A stretch of DNA of 59,727 nt, filler included, from Basidiobolus ranarum (taxonomy: Eukaryota), in NCBI GenBank assembly GCA_040143965.1. It is 6 parts of 6 records of this genome, joined end to end, with 100 filler letters (N's around TTAATTAATTAA, not from the genome) between each part and the next. Parts side by side here need not be neighbours in the genome. Positions count along the whole stretch, not along the records: positions 9,983 to 19,862 come from JASJQH010000769.1; positions 19,963 to 29,839 come from JASJQH010000770.1; 4 more parts are not named here. One strand, given 5' to 3'. Positions 11,089-23,263 of this stretch are shown here, one piece after another. Positions within the stretch are counted from its first letter, which is position 1; each line of letters opens with the position of its first letter. The notes under the pieces were generated by a model that was not told the origin of the DNA, made no database searches, and saw only the letters and a list, made by a program, of their open reading frames with translations. Made by a program: the position numbers and the translations under genes.

Positions 11089-12852
11089 ATGGCTTCAATC
11101 TCAAAGCAAAAGCGTTTGGCCGCCAGAGCTGCTAAGAAGAACAAGCCCGTCCAGGCTACCTCTGAGGTTGACAATCTTGGTATGGAAAACCTCAACTTGG
11201 AAGCTGAGAGAACCTGTACTGGTGTTCTTACTTCCCAGGAAGCTTCTCGTGATATTAAGATCGAATCCTTCAACCTTTCTTTCTATGGCAGAGAATTGAT
11301 TTCTAATGCTACTTTGGAACTCAATTTCGGTCGTAGATACGGTCTTATTGGTGCCAACGGATCCGGAAAGAGTACTTTCCTTCAGGCTTTAGGTAACCGT
11401 GAGGTTCCTATCCCTCCCCACGTAGATATTTATCTTTTAAGTGAAGAAGCCGCTCCCAGTGAATACTCCGCTGTCGAATCCGTTATTAAAAACGCTGAAG
11501 ACGAAGTCAAGCGTTTGGAAAAGCAAGTTGAGGAACTTCTTGCTGAGGAAGACGCCGCTGATAATCCGATCTTGGATGATATTTATGAGCGTATTGAGAG
11601 TTTAGATCCTCTTACTTTCGAGGTTCGCGCTTGTACCCTTCTCAACGGTCTTGGTTTCACCACTGAGCAAATGGCCAAGAAGACCAAGGACATGTCCGGT
11701 GGATGGCGTATGCGTGTCGCCCTCGCCAAGGCTCTTTTCATTCGTCCCACCCTTCTTCTCCTTGATGAGCCTACCAATCACTTGGATTTGGAAGCTTGTG
11801 TGTGGCTCGAAGAATACCTCAAGGGCTACGATCGTATCTTGGTTGTTGTTTCTCACTCTCAAGATTTCTTGAACAACGTCTGTACAAACATCATGCATCT
11901 TACCCATCAACGTAAGCTCACATACTATGGTGGTAACTACGATACTTTCATCAAGACCAAGGCCGATTTAGAGGTCAATCAAATGAAGGCTTACCACAAG
12001 CAACAGGATGAAATTGCTCACATTAAGAAGTTCATTGCTTCTGCTGGTACCTACGCTAATTTGGTTAGACAAGCCAAGAGTAAGCAAAAGATTATCGACA
12101 AAATGGAGGCTGCTGGTTTAATTGAAAAGGTTGAACCCCCACCACCTTTCAAGTTCAACTTCACCGACGTTGTCAAGCTTCCTCCTCCTGTCCTTTCCTT
12201 CGACAAAGTTTGGTTCTCATACGATGGTACTGAGAAGAACTGCTTGTACAAGGATTTGGAGTTGGGTATTGATATGGACTCTCGTGTTGCCTTGGTAGGC
12301 CCCAACGGTGCGGGTAAATCCACCCTCCTCAAGCTTATGAACACCGAGATTGTTCCTATTAACGGTCGTGTCACCCGTCATTCTCACTTGAAGATTGGCA
12401 AGTACAATCAGCATTCAGCTGATCAACTTGACATGAGTCTCAGTCCTATTGACTACATGCGTAACAAGTTCGGTGATGAACTTGGTAAAGATGTCAACTT
12501 CTGGCGTTCTCAAATTGGTAGATATGGTCTTACCGGTACTCACCAAACTTCCCCTATCGGCACTTTGTCTGATGGTTTGAAGACCCGTTTAGTATTCGCT
12601 GAATTAGCTCTTCTCCAACCTCATATTATTCTTCTTGACGAACCTACGAATCATTTAGATATGGAGTCTATTGACTCCTTGGCTGATGCCATCAATCAAT
12701 TCTCTGGAGGTGTTGTATTGGTTTCTCACGATTTCCGTCTCATTTCTCAAGTTGCTCAAGCCATTTGGGTGTGTGAAGATGGTAAGGTTACTCCTTGGAA
12801 CAGCAACATTGCTGCCTACAAGGAGCACCTCCGTAAGAAAGTCAAGTTGTAA
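11089..12852 (+). CDS. ARB1: ABC-F ATPase Arb1/ABCF2, intronless, 587 aa
   Basis: Two ABC cassettes (GANGSGKST, MSGGWRMR, LLLDEPTNHLD; GPNGAGKST, LSDG, LLDEPTNHLD), no transmembrane segments, Arb1-type linker KFIASAGTYANLVRQAKSKQK. Confidence 0.96.
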   Translation: MASISKQKRLAARAAKKNKPVQATSEVDNLGMENLNLEAERTCTGVLTSQEASRDIKIESFNLSFYGRELISNATLELNFGRRYGLIGANGSGKSTFLQALGNREVPIPPHVDIYLLSEEAAPSEYSAVESVIKNAEDEVKRLEKQVEELLAEEDAADNPILDDIYERIESLDPLTFEVRACTLLNGLGFTTEQMAKKTKDMSGGWRMRVALAKALFIRPTLLLLDEPTNHLDLEACVWLEEYLKGYDRILVVVSHSQDFLNNVCTNIMHLTHQRKLTYYGGNYDTFIKTKADLEVNQMKAYHKQQDEIAHIKKFIASAGTYANLVRQAKSKQKIIDKMEAAGLIEKVEPPPPFKFNFTDVVKLPPPVLSFDKVWFSYDGTEKNCLYKDLELGIDMDSRVALVGPNGAGKSTLLKLMNTEIVPINGRVTRHSHLKIGKYNQHSADQLDMSLSPIDYMRNKFGDELGKDVNFWRSQIGRYGLTGTHQTSPIGTLSDGLKTRLVFAELALLQPHIILLDEPTNHLDMESIDSLADAINQFSGGVVLVSHDFRLISQVAQAIWVCEDGKVTPWNSNIAAYKEHLRKKVKL

Positions 12853-13902
12853 ATTTCATCTTATCTCTTGTATCTCCCAATCACCTATCGCATGAGTATT
12901 ACATTTCTAGACTGTTTGTAACTTTAAAATCTTATTCAACGATATATACTCGTCCCTCTATTCCCGTTAGTAATTTATCACCTCGACCATCGCTATACAA
13001 AGTAATTAAAGCGGTCCGAATTCTAGTCTATTTTTTAGTAACTGCGGTTATTTGTTTAATTATAAAGTAGTTGATTTCATAGAATGTGCTATCTTGATTA
13101 AAGCTATACATTATACTAAAACGTTGACTTAATTTGAGGGCGATACTGCTTTTCTATTGGGTAAAAAGTTGGTTGTTCTCGTCACAAATTGTAGAATCAC
13201 TTTCCACGTGTCTACTGAATCCTCTTTGGCTGGTGGGCGCTGTAAGGTACCACTATTTGTTGAATTTTCTCACTATCATTGAATTCTTGCCTTATTAGCA
13301 GTGGTAGTAGTTCGATCTACGTGGAATGAATGCATTTAGCGATCCCTCTAATCACGTGATCGAACAAGTGTACAAGCAAGATCGACAAACATAGAAATAC
13401 TCTGAATATTATAGAAAACCGTGGGGTTACAATACAATTGGAAAGATTAAGTTCTATAGTTGACAGTGTTTAAATCACGAATGTTATATATTTATTAGCA
13501 AGTAGTACATTAAACTCGGAGTGTCCTTAAATATCCACATATAAGGATTAAATGGTGAGGTTGATTTAAGTTTAAGTGCCCCAAACAACCTAATGAATTC
13601 CGTTTGAGGACTGCCAGCGTGTGGTCTTAGCTTAACTCTTTTATTATAGTTACTCCAAACCTATCTTAATAATATAGAGCATACATAAAACTAAAACCCT
13701 TGTATATAGTATTCGGCCTTGCCATTTGTCATACTAAAGGGATTACTTTTTGGGGGATTTCTCTAGTCATTATAACTTATTTTCCTCTCACTAGTACTTA
13801 TTGCGGAGAGAGTCTTTTTTTAAAGTACTTGGTGAAAACCGTATCTTTAGACTTTTGTTAACTTCTTTTAAAAGTAGGAAAAGTCTAAAAAATTTTCATA
13901 GT

Positions 13903-16900
13903 ATGAATTCTCCTGAGGAAATCGTCCTTGCTTGTGCCAAATATTTACGTACCAACGAGAAATACTTTCGTATTAAAGGAAAGCCAACCGACGAGGAAGA
14001 TGGCGATCCAACCTTATTCTCTTCACTTACCTCGGCCTTCACTTTGGGTTATGTACGCCCGGTAAATAATCCAAAAGAGCGAACTTGCACTGTTGATCCA
14101 GTGAAACTTGGTATAATTTTAGAGAAATTCGAGGAATATGGTCTTTTAACCCAAGGCTTACCACAATTCACTCCGGTATCACCAGCTCAATCGACCCATT
14201 CAGTTTCTTCTTTCGCTTCTATCGCATCTAACTTTTCTAACCTTAGTTTCTTGGGTTGGAAAAAAAAGGAATATACCGGACTTGATGCGAAGTTACATTT
14301 TCAAACCGAGTTAGAATATGTATATCAATTTTTTCAAAAAATTCCAAGACTTCAAATTCGTCGAGTTGACTCTAATCCAAATATTCAATTGGAATTACCT
14401 ACACCAATTTCTTTGGGAATCTTCGTTAATTTGGTTCATTTAGACCTTCAAAAATTACCACCTAGATATTTTTCTAATTGGAATGTTGTGCATTCAAATT
14501 TGATGTCTATTTCATGTCAAGGTGGTATCGTCGACTTGTACGATCTGTTTGTAGATACTATTGGTAGAGATATCAGTGTAGAGACCAATTCCTCTTGGCC
14601 CAATCTTCGTTCCATCGATCTTTCGCATAACGATCTGTCTGGGTTGACTGTGGAGCCCATTCTAAGAATCACCGCTTGCGAATCATTGAACTTATCACAT
14701 AATCTGTTACTCTCAGTACCTCCAGCACTAACCGAGCTATTCCGCTTGAAAAGTCTCAATCTGAGCCACAATATGATTTCTAATGTTTCTGGTATCGATC
14801 ATATACTAGGAAACATAAGTGTGCTCGACCTCAGTCACAACAAGCTAAAGAGTCTATGTGGATTACAAAAACTATGGTCGTTGATGTTCATCAATGTCCG
14901 AGGGAACGATATTGCTGATATCGGAGAAGTAGGTCGACTCGCTGAACTGCCCTCCATTCAAGAAATTTATGTAGAAGGAAATCCATTAACGCAAAAGGTA
15001 CCCATTTTTTTTACAATGTTGAATATGAATTCATTGTTTATGAAATTCACTTAACCAAAAATCCCATTTTTCTTCGGATTAGACTGATTATAGAATTCAA
15101 CTCTTCTCTATTTTCCTCGCTAACGAATTACATATCCTTTTGGATGGTACGGGTCCTTCATTCTTGGAAAATCGAAATATTCTAACCAAATCGAAAGTCG
15201 AACCGGAACTGGAGTCAGTTATCGCTGTACGTGTTCCCACTAAGTATACACGTGTATCAGATAGTATTTCGGAGAAGACCGAGACCGACGAAATACCAAC
15301 ACTAAAGACTAGACGTAATCGCCCGGTGGTTCCTAAAAATAGGCGTAAGGGCAAACGTGTGGTGGATATCAGTTCTGATCGGGATTCACTGGATAGTATC
15401 TTAGAATCTCCAAGATTCTTAAATTCTCCACTTCCCGGAAGGAATACTGAGTTGATGTTAACTGATGAACCGGATGAATTGGAATGTGATCATATATCTC
15501 AACATGGCTCCTTTATCGATGGTTCAACTTTGGGGAAACTTTCTCAATCTCAACCCACATCTCCTACTAAACAGGTAAAGCCGTTTGTTCATCGTCTTGC
15601 CGAGTTAGAGGGGACTATTCAAACTGGACGTAGTGAACTTCATATACCAACTAGAGGAAGACACTTTCAAAGAGATTCACAGCCTTCCTCACCTCGTAGT
15701 CGTTCCCCTGCATCTATTCGATCATCCATGTCCATTTTAACTGCTACCAATTATAATGAAGATTTTCGAAAGAAGATCGAAGCACTTCGTAATGAGGCAG
15801 GCTCTACATGGTTAAAAATCTATAGTGAAATCCAACACCCAACAAATGCTACGAAAAGACAAACTACCCCAGATAGTCTAGTTTCAAATGAAGATAAATT
15901 CATAGCCGGCACTCTACCCTCTAAACTAACTTTAGTATCTTCGCATACACCGGTATCGAATCCTAACGAATCGATCAGTGCTAATGAAATCGAAGAGGAA
16001 GATGTTCAAAGCTCAAATGGTTCTTCCTCTCTCAAGTCCAAGAAAAGTGATGCTATGATGGATGTCATCCCACCTACAATTGTGGAGTTTACTCCGTCTG
16101 ACGAAGTAGCTAAAGAACCTGAACCCGAAGTAGAAGTCAAAAAACTCCCAGATGGAAAGCAATACAGGATAAAGGTCATTGAGTACTCTTCTCGGGTTAG
16201 ATCCAAACGGTTTATTCGCGTACCGGCGGGAGATCGGATATTAATCATCAGCAAAAGTTCATTTGTAGAGGCAGACCCAGAAACGTGGGATATTATTTGT
16301 CAACGTGGATTCCAGGGACTTTTGCGTATTGAAAGTAAACAAGTAGGGAAAGTCGAACAACATCTTGTCTTTCGGTTAGAATTTAAATATCGTCGTTACG
16401 ATAACCCAATCTTCTGCGATTATCAAGTGATTGGTGATTGTGGAGATGCAGAAAAAACCCTTAAATCGGAACTTGAAGCTATAGTGAAAAAGAATTGGGA
16501 AGAGGGTAAAGGACATGAAGTTTATAAACAAGGAAAATGTTTAAACTGCTCTTGGATTGGATTTTTGAACCTTGAAGACTGTCAGGATCGAGGAGGTTGG
16601 CTTGGAATTAAGAAACTTAATATTGGCCTTTCTCCAGCAACGTCGGAGTCCGAAAGTGATGCCAAGGAGAAGGAGAGGAAATGCCCCGTCTGTTCCGGAA
16701 CTTTCCTAGTGGAGTTTTTCGGGCGTGAGGAACATGAGATTACACAATCCAGCGAAGCACCTATCTGGGCTTTTACCTCCTCTTCTAATGTTGCCAATTC
16801 TGACTCCCCAGCTAGTAACAAGGCAGGTTTCTTTGATTCCTGGCTTACCAATCCACTGGTGGGATTAACCAACCGTAGCGATACAAAATCCTCGGTGAAA

Positions 16901-18628
16901 TCCCCTGAATCACTAACATCCACTCCAGAAGAGAAAGTATTGGAAAAGAAGTCGGTGGAGGTTTTGGAAAAGATGGAAAAAGTAACGGGATATTCAGCAT
17001 CATTACCGCCTTATCGCAACATTAGCAATGCAATTCGACTTTACTTTCAATTGAGTATTATCGAAGAGGATACAGAGAAATTAATCACTTGGATCCCGTC
17101 GGCGTATATACCGCATGCACCCACCTCAGTTGCACTCCCATCTATGTGGTCAATTATGACATCCAATAATGAAAATGTACCCAAAAATTCGCCAACCGAA
17201 AAACCCATTTACATTGGATTAACGAATCGATCTATGTACCTGTTCTTGCCACTGAATATTCCTTTACCCAACTCTACTTCATCTGTAGAGAACAATCCAG
17301 GAAAGCATTTGAAATTACTCCATGCTATCCCGATTTCACTGATCACCAGAATCGATGTGGGCCCTAATCGTCAGACTTTAACTATTCACCTAAGTCTAAC
17401 TTCTTCCGATGGTAACAGTTCACCAATTGCCTCCTTGGCTTTACCACCTCATTCTATCACTTTCCTGATAAGAGATCGATTGATTTGTTCGGATTTCTTG
17501 AATGCATTGGTTGAAATATGTTACGATCATGATATACATGTAGAAGAAGGAAAGGTAAAGCTAGTGAATCATGATATCGAATGGGCGGTAAAGAATATTC
17601 GTCGACAAGTATTGATAGATGAGGTGAATTACAAGTTAGAGAAACTCCCAAATCATCATCTAATCGGTGTAGATCCAGCTAGCAGTCAAGAAGTCGTTGT
17701 GGATAAAGTGACTTTCGACTTCTTTAAGATCTATCATTTGGTTACCCGTCTGATAGAACAACCCTCATCACCGGTCACAAATACCGATCCATCATATTAC
17801 GATATTGAAGCATTTACCATGGTAGGTACAGAGAAATACCTTTATCTTTGTCAAGAACGTCATGATGTTTGGCCTCCAGCTATAACCAATATCAGTGAAA
17901 TAATGGATACACCACAAAACTCCTCCACTACACGAAAAGCTGAAGGAAGGTGGGGAAGAAAGAAAACCCACCCATTGATGGCCACTTTGGTAGAACAATA
18001 TAAAAGAGTAGAGGTGCTTCCAGTCTCATGGATAACTGAAGTTGAAAGGATAAAGAAAGGGATGAATATGATAATTGGAAAAGAGAAGGAAGGTGTTAAC
18101 GTTGGTTGTTCTGCTACTGGCTGGGAAGTGTTGATTAGAATAACTTTTGAGGAACAGAAACAACCTTCCAACCCTAAACTAGATAGTTCATTGGAATCTA
18201 CTACCACACTTCAAAACTCCCCCTCTCTAATAGAAGAAAGTAAAAATGAACCGTCCCCTGAAGAAACCGAACTAACTACCAAAGCTGAAGTACAACAACC
18301 AGACCTGGACTTAACTTTGGACTGCGATAATAGTCATGAAGAATCGGTAACCCAAAGTGAATCAACCCCGGAGAATCCAAAATCCAGTGAAGAACATGCG
18401 GAGCACGAGTCCAAGAATGACGGTGAAGGAGACTTGGATGATATAACTGATGTTAGTCAAGATAAACAATTAGAGCATAATCCAATTGAGGATCAAGCCG
18501 CCAACGCCAACCAACAAATTTCATGGTGTCTCCTATTCCCTACCCAAACCAGCGCAGATGAATTTATTGAAAATTTAGGAGATATTTGGAAGAAGTCTAT
18601 GGGAACCTCATTGAATCTATTAGAATGA
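13903..18628 (+). CDS. Large leucine-rich-repeat protein, STK11IP/nischarin-like; two exons (13903-14997, 15083-18628)
   Basis: SDS22-type LRRs (LDLSHNxL); phase-0 intron GTACCC...TTAG joins EGNPLTQK to TDYRIQLF, completing an LRR cap; later IEALRNEAGSTWL motif, CLNC...CPVC zinc-ribbon pair and PH-like C-terminal segments. Family call is from motif recall. Confidence 0.75.
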
Positions 18629-18872
18629 ATGTAAAATTTACCACTTCACTTGATGTTTTTTGTCATTAATATTTATTTAGCTACATACCTTACCCCCTCC
18701 CCTCTCCTCCTCAATCCTGTATTATCATGGAGATTAATTAATTCATGCAATAGTAAAACAGTCAGATAAAAAACAATAATAATATCAGTAAATTCGTGAT
18801 TGTTTAATGACGTGTAAGGTTTATTTTGCTAAGATGTCTATTATGTGGTGATGTTAGAATGAAGTTCGACAC

Positions 18873-19719
18873 TTAAAAATGCTCATTATCTTCGGATTTA
18901 ACTGGGGCAGGTGTATCACATTTGAAACATACAGTTCTGGATTGGAAGTTATTGAAAGAGCATGAAGGACAAGTCCAACCATCATCGAAGGAACGTGAAT
19001 GATTATCTTCAGCAGGAGATGGGTTGGGAGTATCGCACTTGAAGCAAGAACCTCTGGATCTGAAGTTATGGAAAGAGCATGATGGGCACATCCAGTCACC
19101 AGGAAGAACTGGTGCGTGGGATGTGTGGCTATCATCATCGCGTTGGACGCGGTCAGCAGGGGAAGGGTTGGAGCATTTCATACATACATCACGAGAAGCA
19201 AAGTTCTCAAAACCACAGCTGGAGCATTCCCAGTCTCCAGGTTTCATAACATGGTTAGATGGACGGGATTCACGAGCAACAGCAACATGTCCCTCAGGAG
19301 CAGGACCGTCACAACGGTTGCAACTTTCTCTGAAACCAAAGTTGTAGAAAGAACAGCTGGTACAAAGCCAATCTCCAGGATTTACTTGGCGATTGCCTTC
19401 GGCTTCTTCACCACAACGGAAACAGCTGGAACGAGAAGCAAAGTTGTGAGTGTTGCACTTGGGGCAGTTCCAGTCTCCAGCACGGAATTTACTATAGCTA
19501 CGTTCTTGAATCTGATTTTCAAAAGTGGAAATTTAGTATACTTGGCCATTGAAAAGTAATACGATGCATAGTGAGACTTACACAGTGTGCGGTAAGAGCT
19601 CTGGGTGCTTGAGCCCCAAGAGCTTTGGTAACAGTAGCAACTTGTGGTGTGATGAAACGGGCAGCACGTAAAGCAACAAGTCTTCTGACAGGTTGAGCAA
19701 TTGCACGTAAACTGAACAT
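18873..19719 (-). CDS. Protein with five RanBP2-type zinc fingers and a mitochondrial-like presequence; two exons (19719-19582, 19511-18873), 258 aa
   Basis: A 70-nt GTAAGT...CAG intron joins an Arg-rich, acid-free N-terminus to five W-x-C-x2-C-x3-N-F-x5-C-x2-C fingers in frame. Confidence 0.88.
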
Positions 19720-19816
19720 GTTAAAGAAAATAAAGTACTAAACAATAGACAAGTAAAGTAACCACGAACCCACCTAAAATTTCCCACTTTTATGGAATCT
19801 TCACCCACTGAATATC

Positions 19817-19827
19817 TGAAAAATTTT
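19817..19827. promoter_or_regulatory. RRPE-like motif TGAAAAATTTT
   Basis: Exact match to the yeast RRPE consensus ~100 bp upstream of the zinc-finger gene ATG; the same 11-mer also occurs at 3001 in repeat debris, so it may be chance. Confidence 0.3.
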
Positions 19828-19862
19828 CTTCTCCCCCACCTATGACTGTAAAAAGAAATTTG

Positions 19863-19962
19863 NNNNNNNNNNNNNNNNNNNNNNNNNNNNNNNNNNNNNN
19901 NNNNNNTTAATTAATTAANNNNNNNNNNNNNNNNNNNNNNNNNNNNNNNNNNNNNNNNNNNN
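19863..19962. other. Artificial contig linker
   Basis: N44-TTAATTAATTAA-N44. Confidence 0.98.
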
Positions 19963-20510
19963 GTCATTGCTACCACACATTTAATAGGCTAATCGCAATG
20001 TATGGCTGAAAAGTATGGCATGTTTCTTTATAATACACTGCAATACATATATACGCTGCCCGTTGGCCTACCTCTGCTACTAAATCTGGACCTGCATTCA
20101 TCCTACAAAGTTTTCGGAACTAATGAGAAACATGGATTCAGTGAGTTTCCATCTGGTGTATCTCGACCGCGTTAGAAATAATGGGTTGATTAATTTGTGG
20201 ATGATTAAATTGAATCTTCTCGTCCTAGACAATTATCACTCAACTCAATTTTCTTCTCTGAGCTTTTATTTTAAATTGATTTCCAATTAGTGATACTTAT
20301 TTTAGTGATTGCTCGGGTTTGACCGCAAATATACCTCCCCTGTCGAATATCTCAACTTTCTTCGAACTTGCTTCAGTACCTGTTTTGAGAACGAGTTTTC
20401 TTGAGCAGCTTGAGAATTTACTGTTATTAGTTCTTTTAGCAAGTCTATACCAATACTACCATATATTGCATTATTGAAGCTTCTACTTCTTCAATCTGTC
20501 TGCTCTGGAT

Positions 20511-22634
20511 ATGGACGAAGGTCTCTCATACCAATTTGCACCAGTAAATCAGAAACGACCGTCCCGCCATGAATTGTAAGTGTATTCCATCCCTCCATAT
20601 ACAGAACTTCACTGTGCCTTCTGGTTTCTAGTAATCTCAACTTGCACATTTCATAGGAATTTCGATCTAACATTAAGGCAACAGCCAAAGCAATCAAGGA
20701 TGTGTGGCATTGGAGAAAAGGGTAGGCTATATCCAAATTGAGGACGTTTGGAAGTGGTTTTTTGTACTTATATCTCTCCTATTCTTTAGCTGATAGACGC
20801 CCGATCGATCCCCCACCGATCATACAGTTGAGAGTTTCTGATGCTTCAGTGAAGCTGGACAAAACGTTTGTGGATACTTTCATTTAGTATGATATATGTC
20901 GCGAATTTAGCCATTCCTTACACGCAACGTATTTTTACTCGTAGAACCTTTCTGTACAACCCCTATTACTTTATGTACGCGTCTTTGATGCTTGCGGATT
21001 CCGATGAAGAGATGCATTTACTTCACGATGGAAAAACACGCTCCACCACTGGCTCTCTAGTGTCTTCCTTATATCATTTGAAAGATGTCAACAACTCGGA
21101 TGGTGGTTTCTTTGTCTTTCCAGACCTATCCGTTCGGATGGAAGGAAGATATCGATTAAAGTTCACTCTTTTCGAGATAGTAGGGTAGGTTAAATACCAA
21201 GAGTTCTTTCCAAATCTCCGCTTAACACGATGTTCCTCCGTTCTGTGTATCTAGTATGGAAGTGTTTTTTTGTAGATCCATTTGCTCTGATATTTTCACC
21301 GTATATTCCGCTAAACGATTCCCAGGGATGGAAGGTAACTTAATTCCATCATATGGCTAGCTTACTATTACATACTAATATCCTTTTTCTTGTATGCACC
21401 CAGAATCTACATTTCTATCACGTTCGTTCGCTGACCAAGGATTGAAAATCCGTATTCGTAAAGAGGTTCGAATTAGAAGGTAAGTTTGGAATGGAAAGTT
21501 GGCTTTTTCTTCCGATCTGCTAAATTTCATCTAAATAGACGTGGAAGTAAATGGAAGGACGCTGTAGGCTCCCCCTCCGAGAGAGATCATCAGAAATTCG
21601 AAAGCAAAAGCCCTCCTAGTGTGAAAGCTCCTGACAACGATAATAAAGAATCAGAGGGATCCGCCTGGTCGGAAGAGGACAATATAGATGTAGATGAAAG
21701 ACGAAAACGATTTTCAGAAGATAAAGGCTACTCCCAAGCGAGTAAGAGGAGATCAGTTGAGAACTCTCTGTATCTCTCCTCGGAGAATACGAATTCCTCA
21801 GGATTTCCTGCACGCTCATCTCAACACTCCTACTCTCCAGGCAGTCTCCCTCCTCTAGAACAAAAAAAACCAATCAGAAGTTCAAACTCGAGTCAGAACG
21901 ATTCATATTCTCCGATGCTTTCCAAATCCCCTACACCCGTACCATCTTTACAATGGCAACACCCCCCTCAATTCAATTATAATGCCCCACCAACACGACT
22001 TACCTCGAATATTCAAAACATTCTCAATTCAGAACAGCCCACTAATACGAACTTTCCAAGCAATCAAAGAAACGAAATATTCCCCGTATTAACAGCATCT
22101 TATTCACTTACTTCGCTACCGAGTACAACACCGCGTTCTGATAGTAAATCTGTGCTTTCAATTCAAAATATCATTTCCCCTCAAAACGGACCATATCCCG
22201 CCCCAATTCCCGACCATCCTTTCATCTCTGCTTCCCATCCTGAGGTAGCAGGATACGGCACTCGTCAAGAAGCTCAATCCTATCCTACATATCGAGCTAC
22301 TGACAAACCTTATGGCGGATCACATGAAAAGAACCATCAAACATATTCTCCAGGGGCTACCACCGTCAACCACATAGTCTCCTCACATGCCGGATGGTCA
22401 GAGAATTATACACCGGCTCAGTCTTCGTATCCATCGACAGGTTTACCTGATCATGGCTACAGCCATATTTCAAGTTCTGGATCACATCCCAACACTTCCA
22501 TTAGTCGACTACCCAATATTAGCTCTCTTATCAATCCCTCAATACAGCCTCCCGATACTTTGGCACCTCAGTATCACAATCCAAACACTTCACAACCGGG
22601 GAACCGCTCTAATAGATATAACCAGTTCCAATGA
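20511..22634 (+). CDS. Velvet-domain transcription factor (VosA-like), seven exons
   Basis: Exons 20511-20575, 20657-20721, 20790-20865, 20945-21184, 21255-21334, 21404-21479 and 21539-22634 splice in frame: LTLRQQPKQSRMCGIGEKADRRPIDPPPIIQL...GGFFVFPDLSVRMEGRYRLKFTLFEI...[33 protein letters not shown], followed by a Ser/Pro-rich tail. Confidence 0.95.
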
Positions 22635-23263
22635 TTTTTGATTTCATAGCTTTTCTTAATTTTTTGTGTTATGCCCCATGTAATATTATGAACGTAACTC
22701 TCTATCGTCATCATCGTAGCTATCACCTCCTTCGCTTTCTCGACGTTTGAATTCGTGGTTGTCGCTTTTCTTTCCTTACACGGCAAATGAAGCAGCTCTA
22801 CGCGTGCGGTTGCCCAACCTTTTTCGTGCATGAACTCGCCCATAGAACATTATTCATGATCTTATTAGTTCAACATCTATGCTTTATGCATAGCATTTTT
22901 CACTCTATAAACCTTTTTTAAAGTTTCCATCCGTTACGCAAGGACACCTCGTGTTTGTGGTTGGGACCATCGCAATATGGATGGTCGAACTTGATCGAAA
23001 TTTAGACAACTCTCCACCAAAGCGGTGTAGGGCAATGATATTCATTTTGGAACATGAAAGACTGATCGATGACCGTATGTGTAATTATCGCTGGGAAATT
23101 CACATCAAGGGCAAACTTGAATCCGAATAACTCCCTATATGGTAATCACATATATATATAGCTTAGGTATTCATGAGTACCATAGCCACCGGCACCTTAA
23201 CAAGTTAGAGACGATGAATCCATTGAGCGTTCTCTAGCAACATTGGCTTTCTCATCGACATCC

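Noticed and set aside
14998-15082. U12-type minor intron (GTACCC donor, CTTAAC branch-like site)
   Set aside because: The donor does not match RTATCCTTT and the branch site is too far from the acceptor. No other intron I read had a U12 donor.
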